A stretch of DNA of 32,000 bases, taken from positions 1-32,000 of the forward strand of contig JAFUTP010000028.1 of the NCBI GenBank assembly GCA_017484165.1, read 5' to 3'. Under the pieces are notes generated by a model, which was not told where the DNA came from, did no database searches, and saw only the letters and a list, made by a program, of their open reading frames with translations. The DNA is from Cardiobacteriaceae bacterium. Lineage in GTDB: Bacteria; Pseudomonadota; Gammaproteobacteria; Cardiobacteriales; Cardiobacteriaceae. The translations under genes and the position numbers were made by a program. How positions within the stretch are numbered: the first letter of the stretch is position 1; each line of letters opens with the position of its first letter. Of the stretch, positions 16,333-26,432 are shown piece after piece.

Positions 16333-16713
16333 TTATTGATATCTTTCTTTTTCTTTTTCACTGTCAGTGATATTTTGCAGTTTATTTTGCTCATCAACCA
16401 GCACAATTTTCGGCTCGATATATTCATTACTATCGATAAAAGCATAAGCCATAATTATCACCTTATCCCCAACCTGAACCAGTCTTGCAGCCGCACCGTT
16501 TAAGCAAATTACTCCGCTATTTCGCGCACCTTTAATGATATAAGTTTCCAGTCTTGCACCATTATCAATATCCACCACCTGCACTTTTTCATATTCGCGC
16601 ATTCCTGCGGCTTCCATCAAAGCCTCATCGATAGTAATGCTGCCGACATAATTCAAATTTGCCTCGGTTACTGTCGCACGGTGAATTTTGCCCTTTAACA
16701 CTTCAATAAACAT
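16333..16713 (-). CDS. panD: aspartate 1-decarboxylase
   Basis: [23 protein letters not shown] includes the self-processing G-S site. Size is 126 aa. Confidence 0.95.
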   Translation of the reverse strand: MFIEVLKGKIHRATVTEANLNYVGSITIDEALMEAAGMREYEKVQVVDIDNGARLETYIIKGARNSGVICLNGAAARLVQVGDKVIIMAYAFIDSNEYIEPKIVLVDEQNKLQNITDSEKEKERYQ

Positions 16714-16732
16714 ATTTTTTCCTAATCAAGTT

Positions 16733-17584
16733 TTAATCGATATTTTCGATTAAAAAATTATCTAATAACCGTGCTTTACCGACAAAAACCGCAGTAGCAA
16801 AAAGCGTATTATTTTTCACCGTCGCGATATCCTGCATATTTTCCAAATCTACCGCCTGCAAATAATCAATTCTGGCAAGTTTTTCGCTCTCTATTATTGC
16901 GCGGATTTTTTCTAGGACTACTGCGGTATTTTTTTCACCGTCAGCAATTATTTTTTGCCCTGTTTGCATTGCTTTATTGATTATTGCGGCAGCTTTTCGC
17001 TCTTCACTATTAAGATAAGTATTACGAGAACTTTTTGCCAAACCGTCAGCTTCTCGAACAATCGGACAGCCGATAACTTCTACATCAAAATTAAAATCCG
17101 CGGTAATTCTTTTAATTATGGCAAGTTGCTGGGCATCTTTCTGTCCAAAATACGCCCTGTTAGGCTTAATTAAATTAAATAATTTAACAATTATGGTGCA
17201 AACGCCTCGAAAATGACCCGCTCTTTTTATTCCGCATAAATTATCACCCAATTGATAAATATCAGCAAAACTATTAAAACCTGCAGGGTATATTTCATCC
17301 GCATCAGGAATAAATAAAATATCAGCATGCAATTCACGGCAATAAGCACTATCTTTTACCAAATCGCGCGGATAATTCGATAAATCTTCATTCGCTGCAA
17401 ACTGCTTGGGATTAACGAAAACGCTGACTACGACAATATCATTTTCCTCTCTTGCTTTTTTTATCAAAGAACCATGTCCTTCATGCAAAAATCCCATTGT
17501 CGGCACTAATCCGATAGTTTTATTTTCCGCTTTTAAGTCTTTGATTTTCTGCTTTAAGTCGGCAATATTTTTAACTTCTAGCAT
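16733..17584 (-). CDS. panC: pantoate--beta-alanine ligase
   Basis: VPTMGFLHEGHGSLI (HIGH-type motif) and FGQKDAQQL are present. Size is 283 aa. Confidence 0.95.
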   Translation of the reverse strand: MLEVKNIADLKQKIKDLKAENKTIGLVPTMGFLHEGHGSLIKKAREENDIVVVSVFVNPKQFAANEDLSNYPRDLVKDSAYCRELHADILFIPDADEIYPAGFNSFADIYQLGDNLCGIKRAGHFRGVCTIIVKLFNLIKPNRAYFGQKDAQQLAIIKRITADFNFDVEVIGCPIVREADGLAKSSRNTYLNSEERKAAAIINKAMQTGQKIIADGEKNTAVVLEKIRAIIESEKLARIDYLQAVDLENMQDIATVKNNTLFATAVFVGKARLLDNFLIENID

Positions 17585-17596
17585 GTAATATTTCCT

Positions 17597-18439
17597 TTAA
17601 GCAAGTTGTGCTTTTAATTGTTCAACTATTTCTTTTGGTAGTTGATAAGAATGTTCTGGAGCTGGAAATATTCCTTTTTCCACCTCTTCGCGATATTTTT
17701 TTACCCCATTTTGCATTTCAGAACCGCAATCAGCGAATAATTTCACAAATTTCGGACGATAATCAGGAAACATATTCAGCATATCTTGCCAAACTAAAAC
17801 TTGACCATCGCATTTATTTCCCGCACCGATACCAATCGTCGGAATAGTCAATTTATCGCTAATAATTTCGGCAAGTTCCGCAGGTATCGCCTCCAACACC
17901 ACCATAAACGCCCCCGCATCTTCCACCCGTAAAGCATCGTCAATAATTTCACGGGCTCTTTGCAAAGTTTTGCCCTGGGTTTTGAAACCACCAAATGCCA
18001 AAACCGATTGCGGAGTCAAACCAATATGAGCACAGACGGGAATTTGCGCTCGCACAATCGCCGCAATTTTGTCGGCAACATAAAGCGAACCTTCAATCTT
18101 CACCGCCTCTGCATCGCCTTCTTGAATTAAGCGACCTGCATTACGAATTGCATCATCTGTATTAGTTTGCACGGACAAAAACGGCATATCGCAGAGCACC
18201 ATCGCTTTTTCTGCCCCACGCGCTACCGCCTTGCAATGATGAATCATATCTTCCATCGTAACCTGCACGGGGCTTTCATATCCCAGCATCACCTGCCCGA
18301 GCGAATCCCCGACCAAAAGCACATCAACCCCTGCCGCATCCATATTTTTCGCAGTGCAATAGTCGTAGCAAGTAAGCATTATGATTTTTTCCGCTTTATT
18401 GCATTTTTCCTGCAATTTAACCGTTGTATTGGCGTTCAT
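17597..18439 (-). CDS. panB: 3-methyl-2-oxobutanoate hydroxymethyltransferase
   Basis: MLTCYDY, LLVGDSLGQV and HIGLTPQS motifs are present. It is in a panBCD operon arrangement. Confidence 0.95.
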   Translation of the reverse strand: MNANTTVKLQEKCNKAEKIIMLTCYDYCTAKNMDAAGVDVLLVGDSLGQVMLGYESPVQVTMEDMIHHCKAVARGAEKAMVLCDMPFLSVQTNTDDAIRNAGRLIQEGDAEAVKIEGSLYVADKIAAIVRAQIPVCAHIGLTPQSVLAFGGFKTQGKTLQRAREIIDDALRVEDAGAFMVVLEAIPAELAEIISDKLTIPTIGIGAGNKCDGQVLVWQDMLNMFPDYRPKFVKLFADCGSEMQNGVKKYREEVEKGIFPAPEHSYQLPKEIVEQLKAQLA

Positions 18440-18469
18440 ATCATCTCCTGATTATGTTTTAAGCAAAAT

Positions 18470-19762
18470 TTACAAAAACTTACGATATGCCCGCGAATTG
18501 CGCTCACGGTTATATTTCGCGCGTTTTTTCTCGGGCAATTCTTCGATTTCAATCCGTGAAAATCCCCGTGCTTCAAACCATTGCGCGGTTTGCGTCGTAA
18601 GTAAGAATAAACTTTCCATACCTTTTTGTCTTGCAATTTGCGACAATTGTTCGAGTAAAAAATCAGCCCGCCGATGCTTACGGTATTCAGGTGCTACCGC
18701 CAAACAAGCAAGCTCCGCCGTTTTCTCTTGTGTATAAGGATAAAGCGCGACACAGGCAATAATGCTACCGTCGCGAATCAGCACATAAAACTTATCAATA
18801 TCCGCCTCCAAGATTTCACGGCTGCGCGGTATCAGCGTGCCGTTTGCTTCTAACGGACGAATTAAAGCAATAATGTGATTTATGTCATCAATTGTCGCGG
18901 GACGCAAGATGTCGTATAACTCTGCGGTTATCATTATTCCCGCACCGTCGCGAGTAAAAAGCTCCTGCAAAAGCGCACCTTGATTATCCTTTTCCACCAA
19001 ATGAACCCGTGCAATTCCCTCTTCGCATGCCCGTGCTGCCGCTCGCATTCTGCGACGAATTCCTGAATTTTCCACTTCTTTTTTCTTGGCTAATTCAGGA
19101 GTTAGCTGATGCAGGCGTTCAGTTGCCCGCAAATTTGCTATTCCTTCGCAGAGATAAATCAGCTTATCGGCTGCAAGTTCAGCGGCAATCGTGCTTGCAA
19201 CTTCTTCGCTATCAAGATTAAAAATCTCGCCTGTCGGCGCGTAACCAACTGGTGAAATCAGCACAATTTCATCATCGGACAAAGCGGATTTAATCGCAAA
19301 TTCATTGATTTTGCGAATTTCCCCCGTATAACCAAAATCGCAACCACCAATCACCCCCAAAGGACGGGCGGTAATGTAATTTCCGCCAGCAATTTTTACT
19401 TCCGCATCCTGCATCGGTGAATTGACAATATTCATCGACAAAACCGCCTCAATTTTGAGCCTGACACTTCCCGCCGCGTTCAAAATTTCGGGAATCATTT
19501 CCTTGCTGGTTATCCTCTTATCATTTGAAAAATGGGAAATAATTCCACTCTTTGCTAAATTTCTATCAATTTCCGCTCGAATACCGTGAATTAAAATTAA
19601 CTTTATCCCTAAACTTTGCAAAATTGCACAATCTTGCAGAATATTTTCTAAATAAGAATCGGCAAAATCAGCATCAAAATGAATTACAAAAGTTTTACCG
19701 CGATGCGCATGAATATACGGTGCGGCTTGATAAAAGAAACTTAAAAATTCGGCGGTATGCAT
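18470..19762 (-). CDS. argA: amino-acid N-acetyltransferase (N-acetylglutamate synthase)
   Basis: The N-terminal amino-acid-kinase fold starts FFYQAAPYIHAHRGKTFVI. A C-terminal GNAT domain follows. Size is 430 aa. Confidence 0.88.
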   Translation of the reverse strand: MHTAEFLSFFYQAAPYIHAHRGKTFVIHFDADFADSYLENILQDCAILQSLGIKLILIHGIRAEIDRNLAKSGIISHFSNDKRITSKEMIPEILNAAGSVRLKIEAVLSMNIVNSPMQDAEVKIAGGNYITARPLGVIGGCDFGYTGEIRKINEFAIKSALSDDEIVLISPVGYAPTGEIFNLDSEEVASTIAAELAADKLIYLCEGIANLRATERLHQLTPELAKKKEVENSGIRRRMRAAARACEEGIARVHLVEKDNQGALLQELFTRDGAGIMITAELYDILRPATIDDINHIIALIRPLEANGTLIPRSREILEADIDKFYVLIRDGSIIACVALYPYTQEKTAELACLAVAPEYRKHRRADFLLEQLSQIARQKGMESLFLLTTQTAQWFEARGFSRIEIEELPEKKRAKYNRERNSRAYRKFL

Positions 19763-19828
19763 TTCTTTTTCCAGAGAATATTAAAAAAATGAGTAGTTTA
19801 TATTTTTTACTACTGTTCTAGTAAAAAA

Positions 19829-20497
19829 TTACACCTTTTGATAAAACAAATCCCAGACACCGTGTCCTTTTTTTATACCTCTTTGCTCAAATTTAGTTTG
19901 CGGACGAAATTCTGGTTTATCAATAAAACCTTCACTGTTACCGAGATTTTTCCATTTTGCGTCAAGCAGTAAAAAATCACGAATACTTTCCGCATAATTT
20001 TGCCAGTCGGTCGCGATGTGTAAATAACCGTTTTTCTTTATTTTTTTCCATAATTTATCGCAAAACTCCTGCTGCAACAAACGCCGTTTGTGATGGCGCA
20101 ATTTATGCCAAGGATCAGGAAAATACACCTGCACGCGGTCAATTGTTTCATCTTGAAAATTACTAGTAAAAAACGCTGCCGCATCACCACGCAAAATCCG
20201 TAAATTTTTAATATCGCGTACCTCAATTTCCGACAAAATTCTTCCAATTCCAGGCGGATAAACTTCAATCCCCACAAATCCCGTATCAGGCGCATTTGCC
20301 GCCATTTCCAACAAACTTTCACCGTTACCGAAACCAATTTCCACCACAACTTCACGGTAAGACGGAAAGATTTTTTGGAAATCAAGCATTTCATTTTCTG
20401 CAATATCAATTCCAAAACGCGGCCAAAGTTCGCTTAAAGCTCGCTCCTGCCGCGCGGTAATCCGACCTTGACGGATAACAAAACTACGGTTAGTCAT
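19829..20497 (-). CDS. trmB: tRNA (guanine-N7)-methyltransferase
   Basis: It has the SAM motif VEIGFGNGESL and FPDPWHKLRHHKRR. Confidence 0.9.
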   Translation of the reverse strand: MTNRSFVIRQGRITARQERALSELWPRFGIDIAENEMLDFQKIFPSYREVVVEIGFGNGESLLEMAANAPDTGFVGIEVYPPGIGRILSEIEVRDIKNLRILRGDAAAFFTSNFQDETIDRVQVYFPDPWHKLRHHKRRLLQQEFCDKLWKKIKKNGYLHIATDWQNYAESIRDFLLLDAKWKNLGNSEGFIDKPEFRPQTKFEQRGIKKGHGVWDLFYQKV

Positions 20498-20525
20498 TTT
20501 TATCTCATAAAACGCAAAATTTAGA

Positions 20526-20618
20526 GGGCGTGTCTAAAAAATCTCTATCGGAAGTTCCTTCGCTACGCTCAGGATGACGAGCTAAAAAATAGAATTAAGC
20601 CTAAATTTAGATGTGCCC
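20526..20618 (+). repeat. MITE-like element, deletion derivative lacking the left inner arm
   Basis: gggcgtgtc is joined directly to aaaaaatctctatcggaagttccttcgctacgctcaggatgacga, then gctaaaaaatagaattaagcctaaatttagatgtgccc. The ~22 nt tcgtcattttgagcc..ggcg segment is absent. The right end abuts the folE2 stop. Confidence 0.7.
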
Positions 20619-21418
20619 TAGAGCCGCTTATCGCATTCAATAATCGCATAGGCCGAATGATTATGAATCGACTCAAAATTTTCCGATGACACGCTATACC
20701 AAGAAATCCGCTCATCCGCATTCAAAGCAATCGCTACATCACGGACAATATCTTCAACAAATTTGGGATTTTCATAAGCCCGTTCAGTTACAAATTTTTC
20801 ATCAGGGCGTTTGAGCGTCGCCCAAATCGGACAAGAACCACCGTTTTCTCCAATCGCCGCTAATTCCGCCAAAGTTATCGGATTGTTTCTGTCATACAAA
20901 ATACTAATAATGATGTGCGAGCGTTGATTGTGCGCACCGTATTCGGAAATCTCCTTCGAACATGGACAAAGACTAGTTACAGGCACGGTAATTTCCGCAT
21001 AAACACCGTAATCATCCGCTCTGCCATCAGAACTAATCCGCACCTCATAATTCATCACACTTTTCATACCGCTAACTGGCGCGGATTTTTCTAAAAAATA
21101 GGGAAAAGCTAAATTTATCGTTCCCTCTTCGGCCGACAAACGCGAAAGCATCGTCGAATGAATTTCGCCCAAATTGTCCAAACTAAATTCCGCCATCTCA
21201 TTGAGAATTTCAATAAAGCGCGACATATGCGTGCCTTTTTTATCATGCGGCAAATGCACCGTCATCTCCGCCATCGCAACCGTATGTTGCACCGCTCTAC
21301 CGTCATTAAACTTTATCGGCAACTGAATATCACGAACTCCAACTCGGGTTATCGGCAACTCGCGCTTATCAGGCGAACCTTGCACATCTGGAATATGAAG
21401 ATTGTTTTCTGTGTTCAT
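20618..21418 (-). CDS. folE2: GTP cyclohydrolase IB (FolE2)
   Basis: 266 aa. Family-typical segments are present: PITRVGVRDIQLPI, THMSRFIEIL and SLCPCSKEIS..GAHNQRS. Confidence 0.88.
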   Translation of the reverse strand: MNTENNLHIPDVQGSPDKRELPITRVGVRDIQLPIKFNDGRAVQHTVAMAEMTVHLPHDKKGTHMSRFIEILNEMAEFSLDNLGEIHSTMLSRLSAEEGTINLAFPYFLEKSAPVSGMKSVMNYEVRISSDGRADDYGVYAEITVPVTSLCPCSKEISEYGAHNQRSHIIISILYDRNNPITLAELAAIGENGGSCPIWATLKRPDEKFVTERAYENPKFVEDIVRDVAIALNADERISWYSVSSENFESIHNHSAYAIIECDKRL

Positions 21419-21464
21419 TTATGAAACTCTCTTGAAATAAAAAATTGCTGGTGGTTAAATTTTT

Positions 21465-22346
21465 TTATTTTTTCTGCCCGTAATACTGATTTTCAATGCG
21501 AGCAGCTCGCAAAATCAATTTATCCATCATCGCGGTTGATAAAAATTTTTTTCCTAACGCCGCAAGTTTTGTCGCCGTCCCAACTCGATAGCGAGCGCGC
21601 GGTTTTTTCGCATTCAAAGCCTTAATCAACACTTTGACCACTTCCTGTGCCGACAAAGCAGAACGCGGATATTGCTCACTCTGCAATCTCTGCAACATTT
21701 GCAAATACGATAATTTATGCAAACTTCTTTCGGCATTTATCCACAGCGCAAAATTGTCATAACTATTTTTGCGAAAATTACTGCGAACCGTTCCCATTTC
21801 TAGCAAACTAACCGATATTCCGCTACCGTTGAGCTCCAAACGCAGAACATCAGTTAATCCTTCTAGAGCATATTTAGCCGCAACATAAGCACCGCGATAC
21901 GGCATCGGCGCAATCGCCAATACCGAACTTGCGTTAATAATCTTGCCGTAACCTTGTCTGCGCATAATCCGTAAAACCGACAAGGTCAATTCATGAGTTC
22001 CCAAAAGACAGGAATCAAGTTGATAAGCAAAAGCGGTGCGGGATAAATCTTCTAATGCCGCTGGAATTGCAAAAAAGGCATTGTTAAATAAAGCATCAAT
22101 TTTTCCGTCGCTAAGCCGTAAAGCCCAGTCCAAAGCCATCGCAATCGAATCCGAAGATTGCAAATTAAGCTGCACCGCATTCAAACCTTCTCGCTTTAAG
22201 CGTTCAACATCTTGTGCTTCTCTGGCGGTTGCAATTACCAACCAACCGCGTGCGTGCAAAGCGTGCGCCGCAGCGTAACCAATTCCCGACGAGCAACCTG
22301 TAATCAAAATCGAGGGCTTGCGTCTTTGCAGCGTTATTTTTCCCAA
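21465..22346 (-). CDS. short-chain dehydrogenase/reductase (SDR) family oxidoreductase
   Basis: It has the cofactor motif ILITGCSSGIGYA and the catalytic YVAAKYALE (YxxxK). Confidence 0.85.
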   Translation of the reverse strand: MGKITLQRRKPSILITGCSSGIGYAAAHALHARGWLVIATAREAQDVERLKREGLNAVQLNLQSSDSIAMALDWALRLSDGKIDALFNNAFFAIPAALEDLSRTAFAYQLDSCLLGTHELTLSVLRIMRRQGYGKIINASSVLAIAPMPYRGAYVAAKYALEGLTDVLRLELNGSGISVSLLEMGTVRSNFRKNSYDNFALWINAERSLHKLSYLQMLQRLQSEQYPRSALSAQEVVKVLIKALNAKKPRARYRVGTATKLAALGKKFLSTAMMDKLILRAARIENQYYGQKK

Positions 22347-23362
22347 TTTTTAAGCTCCGAGTTAATCAAATCCGCAAGTAAATCAATATGCGCTCTCTCG
22401 TCATTTAAGGCTGGAATGTAGTGATACTCGCTACCGCCAGCCGATAAAAATACTTCCCGATTACGCATTGCCGTCTCTTCCAAAGTCTCTAAACAATCAG
22501 CACAAAATCCAGGACACATAAGCGCAATTTTTCTCACACCTGCATTCGCGAGCTGCACTAATTCATCTTCGGCATAAGGTTTGAGCCATTCTTCCCAACC
22601 AAAACGCGATTGAAAAATCACCGCAATTTCATCTTCTGAAAAATTAAGCTCCTGCCGTAAAAGCTCCGCCGTTGCCAACACCTGCTCGCGGTAATCATCA
22701 CCTTCTTCACAATAACGCTTGGGAATACCGTGAAAAGATAAAAGCAATTTTTCAGGCTTGCCCTGCTCTTTTTCATATTTACGGTAACTATCCGCCAAAG
22801 CCGAAATATATAAATGATGACGATGCCAATCACGGATAAACCGCCACTCTGGCACACAACGCAAAGACAACATCGTCCGATAAACCGCATCTAAAACGCT
22901 CGCCGTCGTAGTCGAGGAGTATTGCGGATACATCGGAATAATCAAAATCCTTTTACCGCCTGCGCGCACAAATCCAGTAATTTTTTCCTGAACATTCGGC
23001 GCGCCGTAACGACAGCAATAGTCAATATGAATGTTGTTTCGCGCGCAATTTTTACCGTCCGCCTGTTGCGCTTTACCGTCAAAACGCTTACGCAAAGCCA
23101 ACACTTGCTTTTTTGCAAAATAAATCAACGGCGAACCGTCTTCTCGCCAAATTTTCTGATAAAGCCGCAAAGTCTTCTTCGGACGAAGGCGCAAAATAAT
23201 GCCGTGCAAAATCAAAAACCACAAGCTGCGCGGCAAATCAATAATCCGCCGATCCGATAAAAATTCAGACAAATAATTACGCACCGCCTTTACCGTCAAG
23301 CGTTCAGGAGTTCCTAAATTGACTAGTAAAACCAACGGTGCGCTTTTTATTTCTTCTTGCAT
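22334..23362 (-). CDS. hemH: ferrochelatase
   Basis: LLVNLGTPE...VRNYLSEFLSDRRIID aligns with the E. coli HemH N-terminus only if translation starts at ATG 23362 (MQEEIKS). The track start 23476 would run through the rplQ 3' end and its terminator. Confidence 0.88.
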   Translation of the reverse strand: MQEEIKSAPLVLLVNLGTPERLTVKAVRNYLSEFLSDRRIIDLPRSLWFLILHGIILRLRPKKTLRLYQKIWREDGSPLIYFAKKQVLALRKRFDGKAQQADGKNCARNNIHIDYCCRYGAPNVQEKITGFVRAGGKRILIIPMYPQYSSTTTASVLDAVYRTMLSLRCVPEWRFIRDWHRHHLYISALADSYRKYEKEQGKPEKLLLSFHGIPKRYCEEGDDYREQVLATAELLRQELNFSEDEIAVIFQSRFGWEEWLKPYAEDELVQLANAGVRKIALMCPGFCADCLETLEETAMRNREVFLSAGGSEYHYIPALNDERAHIDLLADLINSELKNWEK

Positions 23363-23363
23363 C

Positions 23364-23393
23364 GAAAAACACGAGCCCCGAATTTGGGGCTCG
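23364..23393 (-). terminator. rho-independent terminator after rplQ
   Basis: The minus strand reads cgagcccc-aaattc-ggggctcg-tgttttt (stems 23372-23379 / 23386-23393). It begins 6 nt after the rplQ stop. Confidence 0.6.
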
Positions 23394-23399
23394 ATAGAT

Positions 23400-23777
23400 T
23401 TAGTCATTATTCGGTAGCGGTCTATCCACCAATTCAACATAAGCCATCGGCGCACTATCACCCGCACGATAACCACATTTCAAAATTCGAACATAACCAC
23501 CTGGACGCTCTTTATAACGCGGTGCAAGTTCAGCAAATAATTTCACTACCGCCTTACGATCACGCAAACGCGCAAAAGCTAAACGACGAGCCGCAACCGT
23601 ATCGTTATTTTTCGCATGAGTAATAATCGGTTCAATTACCCGACGCAAATCCTTTGCCTTCGGTAAAGTCGTTTTAATCAACTCATGCTCAATCAACGAC
23701 ACCGACATATTCTTAAACATCGCTTGACGGTGCGCAGAAGTTCTATTGAACTTACGACCCGATAATTTGTGTCTCAT
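23400..23777 (-). CDS. rplQ: 50S ribosomal protein L17
   Basis: [20 protein letters not shown] is the canonical L17 N-terminus, so ATG 23777 is the start rather than track start 23801. Confidence 0.95.
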   Translation of the reverse strand: MRHKLSGRKFNRTSAHRQAMFKNMSVSLIEHELIKTTLPKAKDLRRVIEPIITHAKNNDTVAARRLAFARLRDRKAVVKLFAELAPRYKERPGGYVRILKCGYRAGDSAPMAYVELVDRPLPNND

Positions 23778-23813
23778 AAAAATTCTCCAAAAAAGCCGCA
23801 AATTTCACGGCTA

Positions 23814-24764
23814 TCAATCAATATCCATTCCTAACGAAAGACCATCGCGCTCTAACACAGTCTTAATCTCAACCAGAGATTTTTTACCAAGATTAGCAAG
23901 CTTCAATAAATCTACTTCACTACGACGAACTAAATCACCAACAGTGTTGATACCTTCCGCACGCAAACAATTCAATGAACGAACTGTAAGCTCTAATTCC
24001 TCTACCGCACGAGCAAAACGCGGATCAACATTGATATCTTCAACAACTTCGGTAGTTTCTTCTTCCGTCGATTCAAGATTTACAAATACACGCAATTGCT
24101 TATAAAGAATTGTCGCCGCTCTGCGAATCGCTTCATCAGCTGCAATCGTTCCGTTAGTTTCAATTTCGATAATAAGTTTGTCTAAATCTGTTCGTTGCTC
24201 TACCCGCGCTTGCTCAACATCATATTTGATGCGACGAATCGGACTAAACGAAGCATCTAAACGCAAAATCTGCGATTGCACCGTCTCCTCATCATCATTA
24301 TTCTGCGCAACAACACGGTAACCTCTACCCTTCTCAACCAAAACCGATAACTCAAAAACAGTATCTTTGGTCAAATGCGCAATGATGTGATCAGGATTAA
24401 ATAATTCCACACCAGCAGGCAAGTCAAAATCACTGGCACGCACAATCCCAGCTTTTTCAACTTTCAAGGTCATATGCGCCCGCTCCATAGTCGGCATCGA
24501 AAGCGCAACACCTTTCAGATTTAACAAAACATCAATAACATCTTCCGTTACGCCGTCAATCGCAGAATATTCGTGCTGAACACCTGTAATAGAGCACTCG
24601 GTAATCGCTGCCCCTTCAATCGAAGAAAGCAAAACGCGACGCAATGCCGTGCCTAATGTATAACCAAAACCGCGTTCCAACGGCTCCAAGGTTACACGAG
24701 AAGTATTCGGCGCAATTTCTTTAATTTGAACGATACGGGGAGTTAATAACTCGGATAACGACAT
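23814..24764 (-). CDS. rpoA: DNA-directed RNA polymerase alpha subunit
   Basis: [24 protein letters not shown] (N-terminal domain) and a C-terminal domain ([12 protein letters not shown]) are present. It is in the expected operon position. Confidence 0.95.
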   Translation of the reverse strand: MSLSELLTPRIVQIKEIAPNTSRVTLEPLERGFGYTLGTALRRVLLSSIEGAAITECSITGVQHEYSAIDGVTEDVIDVLLNLKGVALSMPTMERAHMTLKVEKAGIVRASDFDLPAGVELFNPDHIIAHLTKDTVFELSVLVEKGRGYRVVAQNNDDEETVQSQILRLDASFSPIRRIKYDVEQARVEQRTDLDKLIIEIETNGTIAADEAIRRAATILYKQLRVFVNLESTEEETTEVVEDINVDPRFARAVEELELTVRSLNCLRAEGINTVGDLVRRSEVDLLKLANLGKKSLVEIKTVLERDGLSLGMDID

Positions 24765-24790
24765 AACAAAAACACCATCTATCTCAACAA

Positions 24791-25411
24791 TTATTTCGAA
24801 TAAAGCTCAACAATCAGCGACTCATTGATGTCAGGAGATAAGTCAATCCGTTCTGGAATACGCTTGAATTGACCACTCATTTTCTTGGTATCAACCTCAA
24901 CCCAATCAACAAATCCGTGTTGTTCAGCCAAAGAAAGAGATGTTTGTATCCGAACTTGAGAGCGAGATTTTTCACGAACCGAAATAATATCTTCCGCCTT
25001 CACTTGATAAGAAGCAATCGTTACCCGCTGACCATTTACTTCAATCGCACCGTGTGAAACCAATTGACGGCTTTCCGCACGAGTTGAACCAAATCCCATA
25101 CGATAAACAACATTGTCTAAACGGCATTCCAAAATTTGTAATAAATTTTCACCCGTAGAACCCTTGCGTTGCGCTGCTTTTTTGTAGTAAATACGGAATT
25201 GACGTTCTAAAACACCGTAAATTCTTTTAACTTTTTGCTTTTCCCGTAACTGACCACCGTAATCTGATAATCTACCACGACGAGCACCGTGCTGACCAGC
25301 AGCCGTGTCCATATTGCATTTTGATTTCAAATCACGAACACGCGATTTCAACTCTAAATCTACACCCTCACGGCGCGCCAAACGACATTTTGGACCTATG
25401 TATCTAGCCAT
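24791..25411 (-). CDS. rpsD: 30S ribosomal protein S4
   Basis: The [17 protein letters not shown]-terminus is canonical. Size is 206 aa. Confidence 0.95.
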   Translation of the reverse strand: MARYIGPKCRLARREGVDLELKSRVRDLKSKCNMDTAAGQHGARRGRLSDYGGQLREKQKVKRIYGVLERQFRIYYKKAAQRKGSTGENLLQILECRLDNVVYRMGFGSTRAESRQLVSHGAIEVNGQRVTIASYQVKAEDIISVREKSRSQVRIQTSLSLAEQHGFVDWVEVDTKKMSGQFKRIPERIDLSPDINESLIVELYSK

Positions 25412-25438
25412 AAATATAAATTTCCTTATTCAAAATAA

Positions 25439-25843
25439 TTACACACGGCGTTTTTTAGGAGGACGGCAACCGTTATGAGGAATCGGAGTAATGTCAGTAA
25501 TGCTATGAATATTAAAACCGCTCGCATTCAATGCACGAACAGCTGATTCACGCCCAGGACCAGGTCCTTTAATATTTACATCAACATTTTGCACACCATA
25601 TTCTTTGGCGGCAGTAGCGGCGCGTTCGGCTGCGACTTGTGCTGCAAAAGGAGTACTTTTGCGCGAGCCTCGAAAACCCGAACCACCGGCAGTTGCCCAA
25701 GAAAGCGTGTTACCTTGTCCATCAGTAATGGTAACAATGGTATTGTTAAATGAAGCGTGGATATGCGCAACAGCATCCACAACAACACGCTTTGCTTTTT
25801 TTCTTACTTGTTTCTGTTGTTTACCAGCAGTAGTTTTAGCCAT
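25439..25843 (-). CDS. rpsK: 30S ribosomal protein S11
   Basis: [15 protein letters not shown] and [14 protein letters not shown] are present, with C-terminal [11 protein letters not shown]. Confidence 0.95.
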   Translation of the reverse strand: MAKTTAGKQQKQVRKKAKRVVVDAVAHIHASFNNTIVTITDGQGNTLSWATAGGSGFRGSRKSTPFAAQVAAERAATAAKEYGVQNVDVNIKGPGPGRESAVRALNASGFNIHSITDITPIPHNGCRPPKKRRV

Positions 25844-25873
25844 AAAAATAACTCACTTAAAAAAATCGCTAAA

Positions 25874-26230
25874 TTAGCGTTTAATCGGACGACGCGGACC
25901 TTTACGAGTACGAGCGTTCGTTTTAGTGCGCTGACCACGCACAGGAAGACTGCGACGATGACGCAAACCACGGTAACAGCCTAAATCCATCAACCGTTTA
26001 ATATCCATCGATACTTTGCGGCGCAAATCGCCTTCAACTTGATATTCACCAACAGCTTGACGCAATGCATCAACTTCAGCATCAGTTAAATCGCGAACTT
26101 TTTTATCAGTCGGAACACCAGCAGCCGCACAAATCGCACGAGCTCTTGGCACCCCAATACCATAAATTGCAGTCAGTGCAATGAAGGTATGTTTTTGAGT
26201 TGGAATATTGATACCGGCTATACGAGCCAT
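25874..26230 (-). CDS. rpsM: 30S ribosomal protein S13
   Basis: [10 protein letters not shown]...ALTAIYGIG is canonical. Size is 118 aa. Confidence 0.95.
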   Translation of the reverse strand: MARIAGINIPTQKHTFIALTAIYGIGVPRARAICAAAGVPTDKKVRDLTDAEVDALRQAVGEYQVEGDLRRKVSMDIKRLMDLGCYRGLRHRRSLPVRGQRTKTNARTRKGPRRPIKR

Positions 26231-26281
26231 AAAAAATTCTCCTAAATTGATTTGTAAATATCAACAAATCGGAATAAATAA

Positions 26282-26395
26282 TCAACCTTGGCGTTGTTTA
26301 TGACGCTTATCAGTGCAGATTACACGAACACTGCCGTGTCGGCGAATAATCCGACAATTACGACACATTTTTTTTACAGAAGCACTTACTTTCAT
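26282..26395 (-). CDS. rpmJ: 50S ribosomal protein L36 (37 aa; below the ORF-track size cutoff)
   Basis: Hand translation of the minus strand gives [37 protein letters not shown], with the Zn-ribbon C-x2-C...C...H. It lies between secY and rpsM as expected. Confidence 0.85.
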   Translation of the reverse strand: MKVSASVKKMCRNCRIIRRHGSVRVICTDKRHKQRQG

Positions 26396-26432
26396 TGAAT
26401 ACTCCAAAAAAATTATTTTCAGCGGTTACCCC

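Noticed and set aside
19763-19828. Overlapping AT-only hairpins (tttttacta/tagtaaaaa; agtagt/actact) between trmB and argA, and a search for an ArgR ARG box upstream of argA
   Set aside because: The stems consist only of A:T pairs and are weak. I could find no convincing match to the TGAAT-N4-ATTCA ARG-box pattern.
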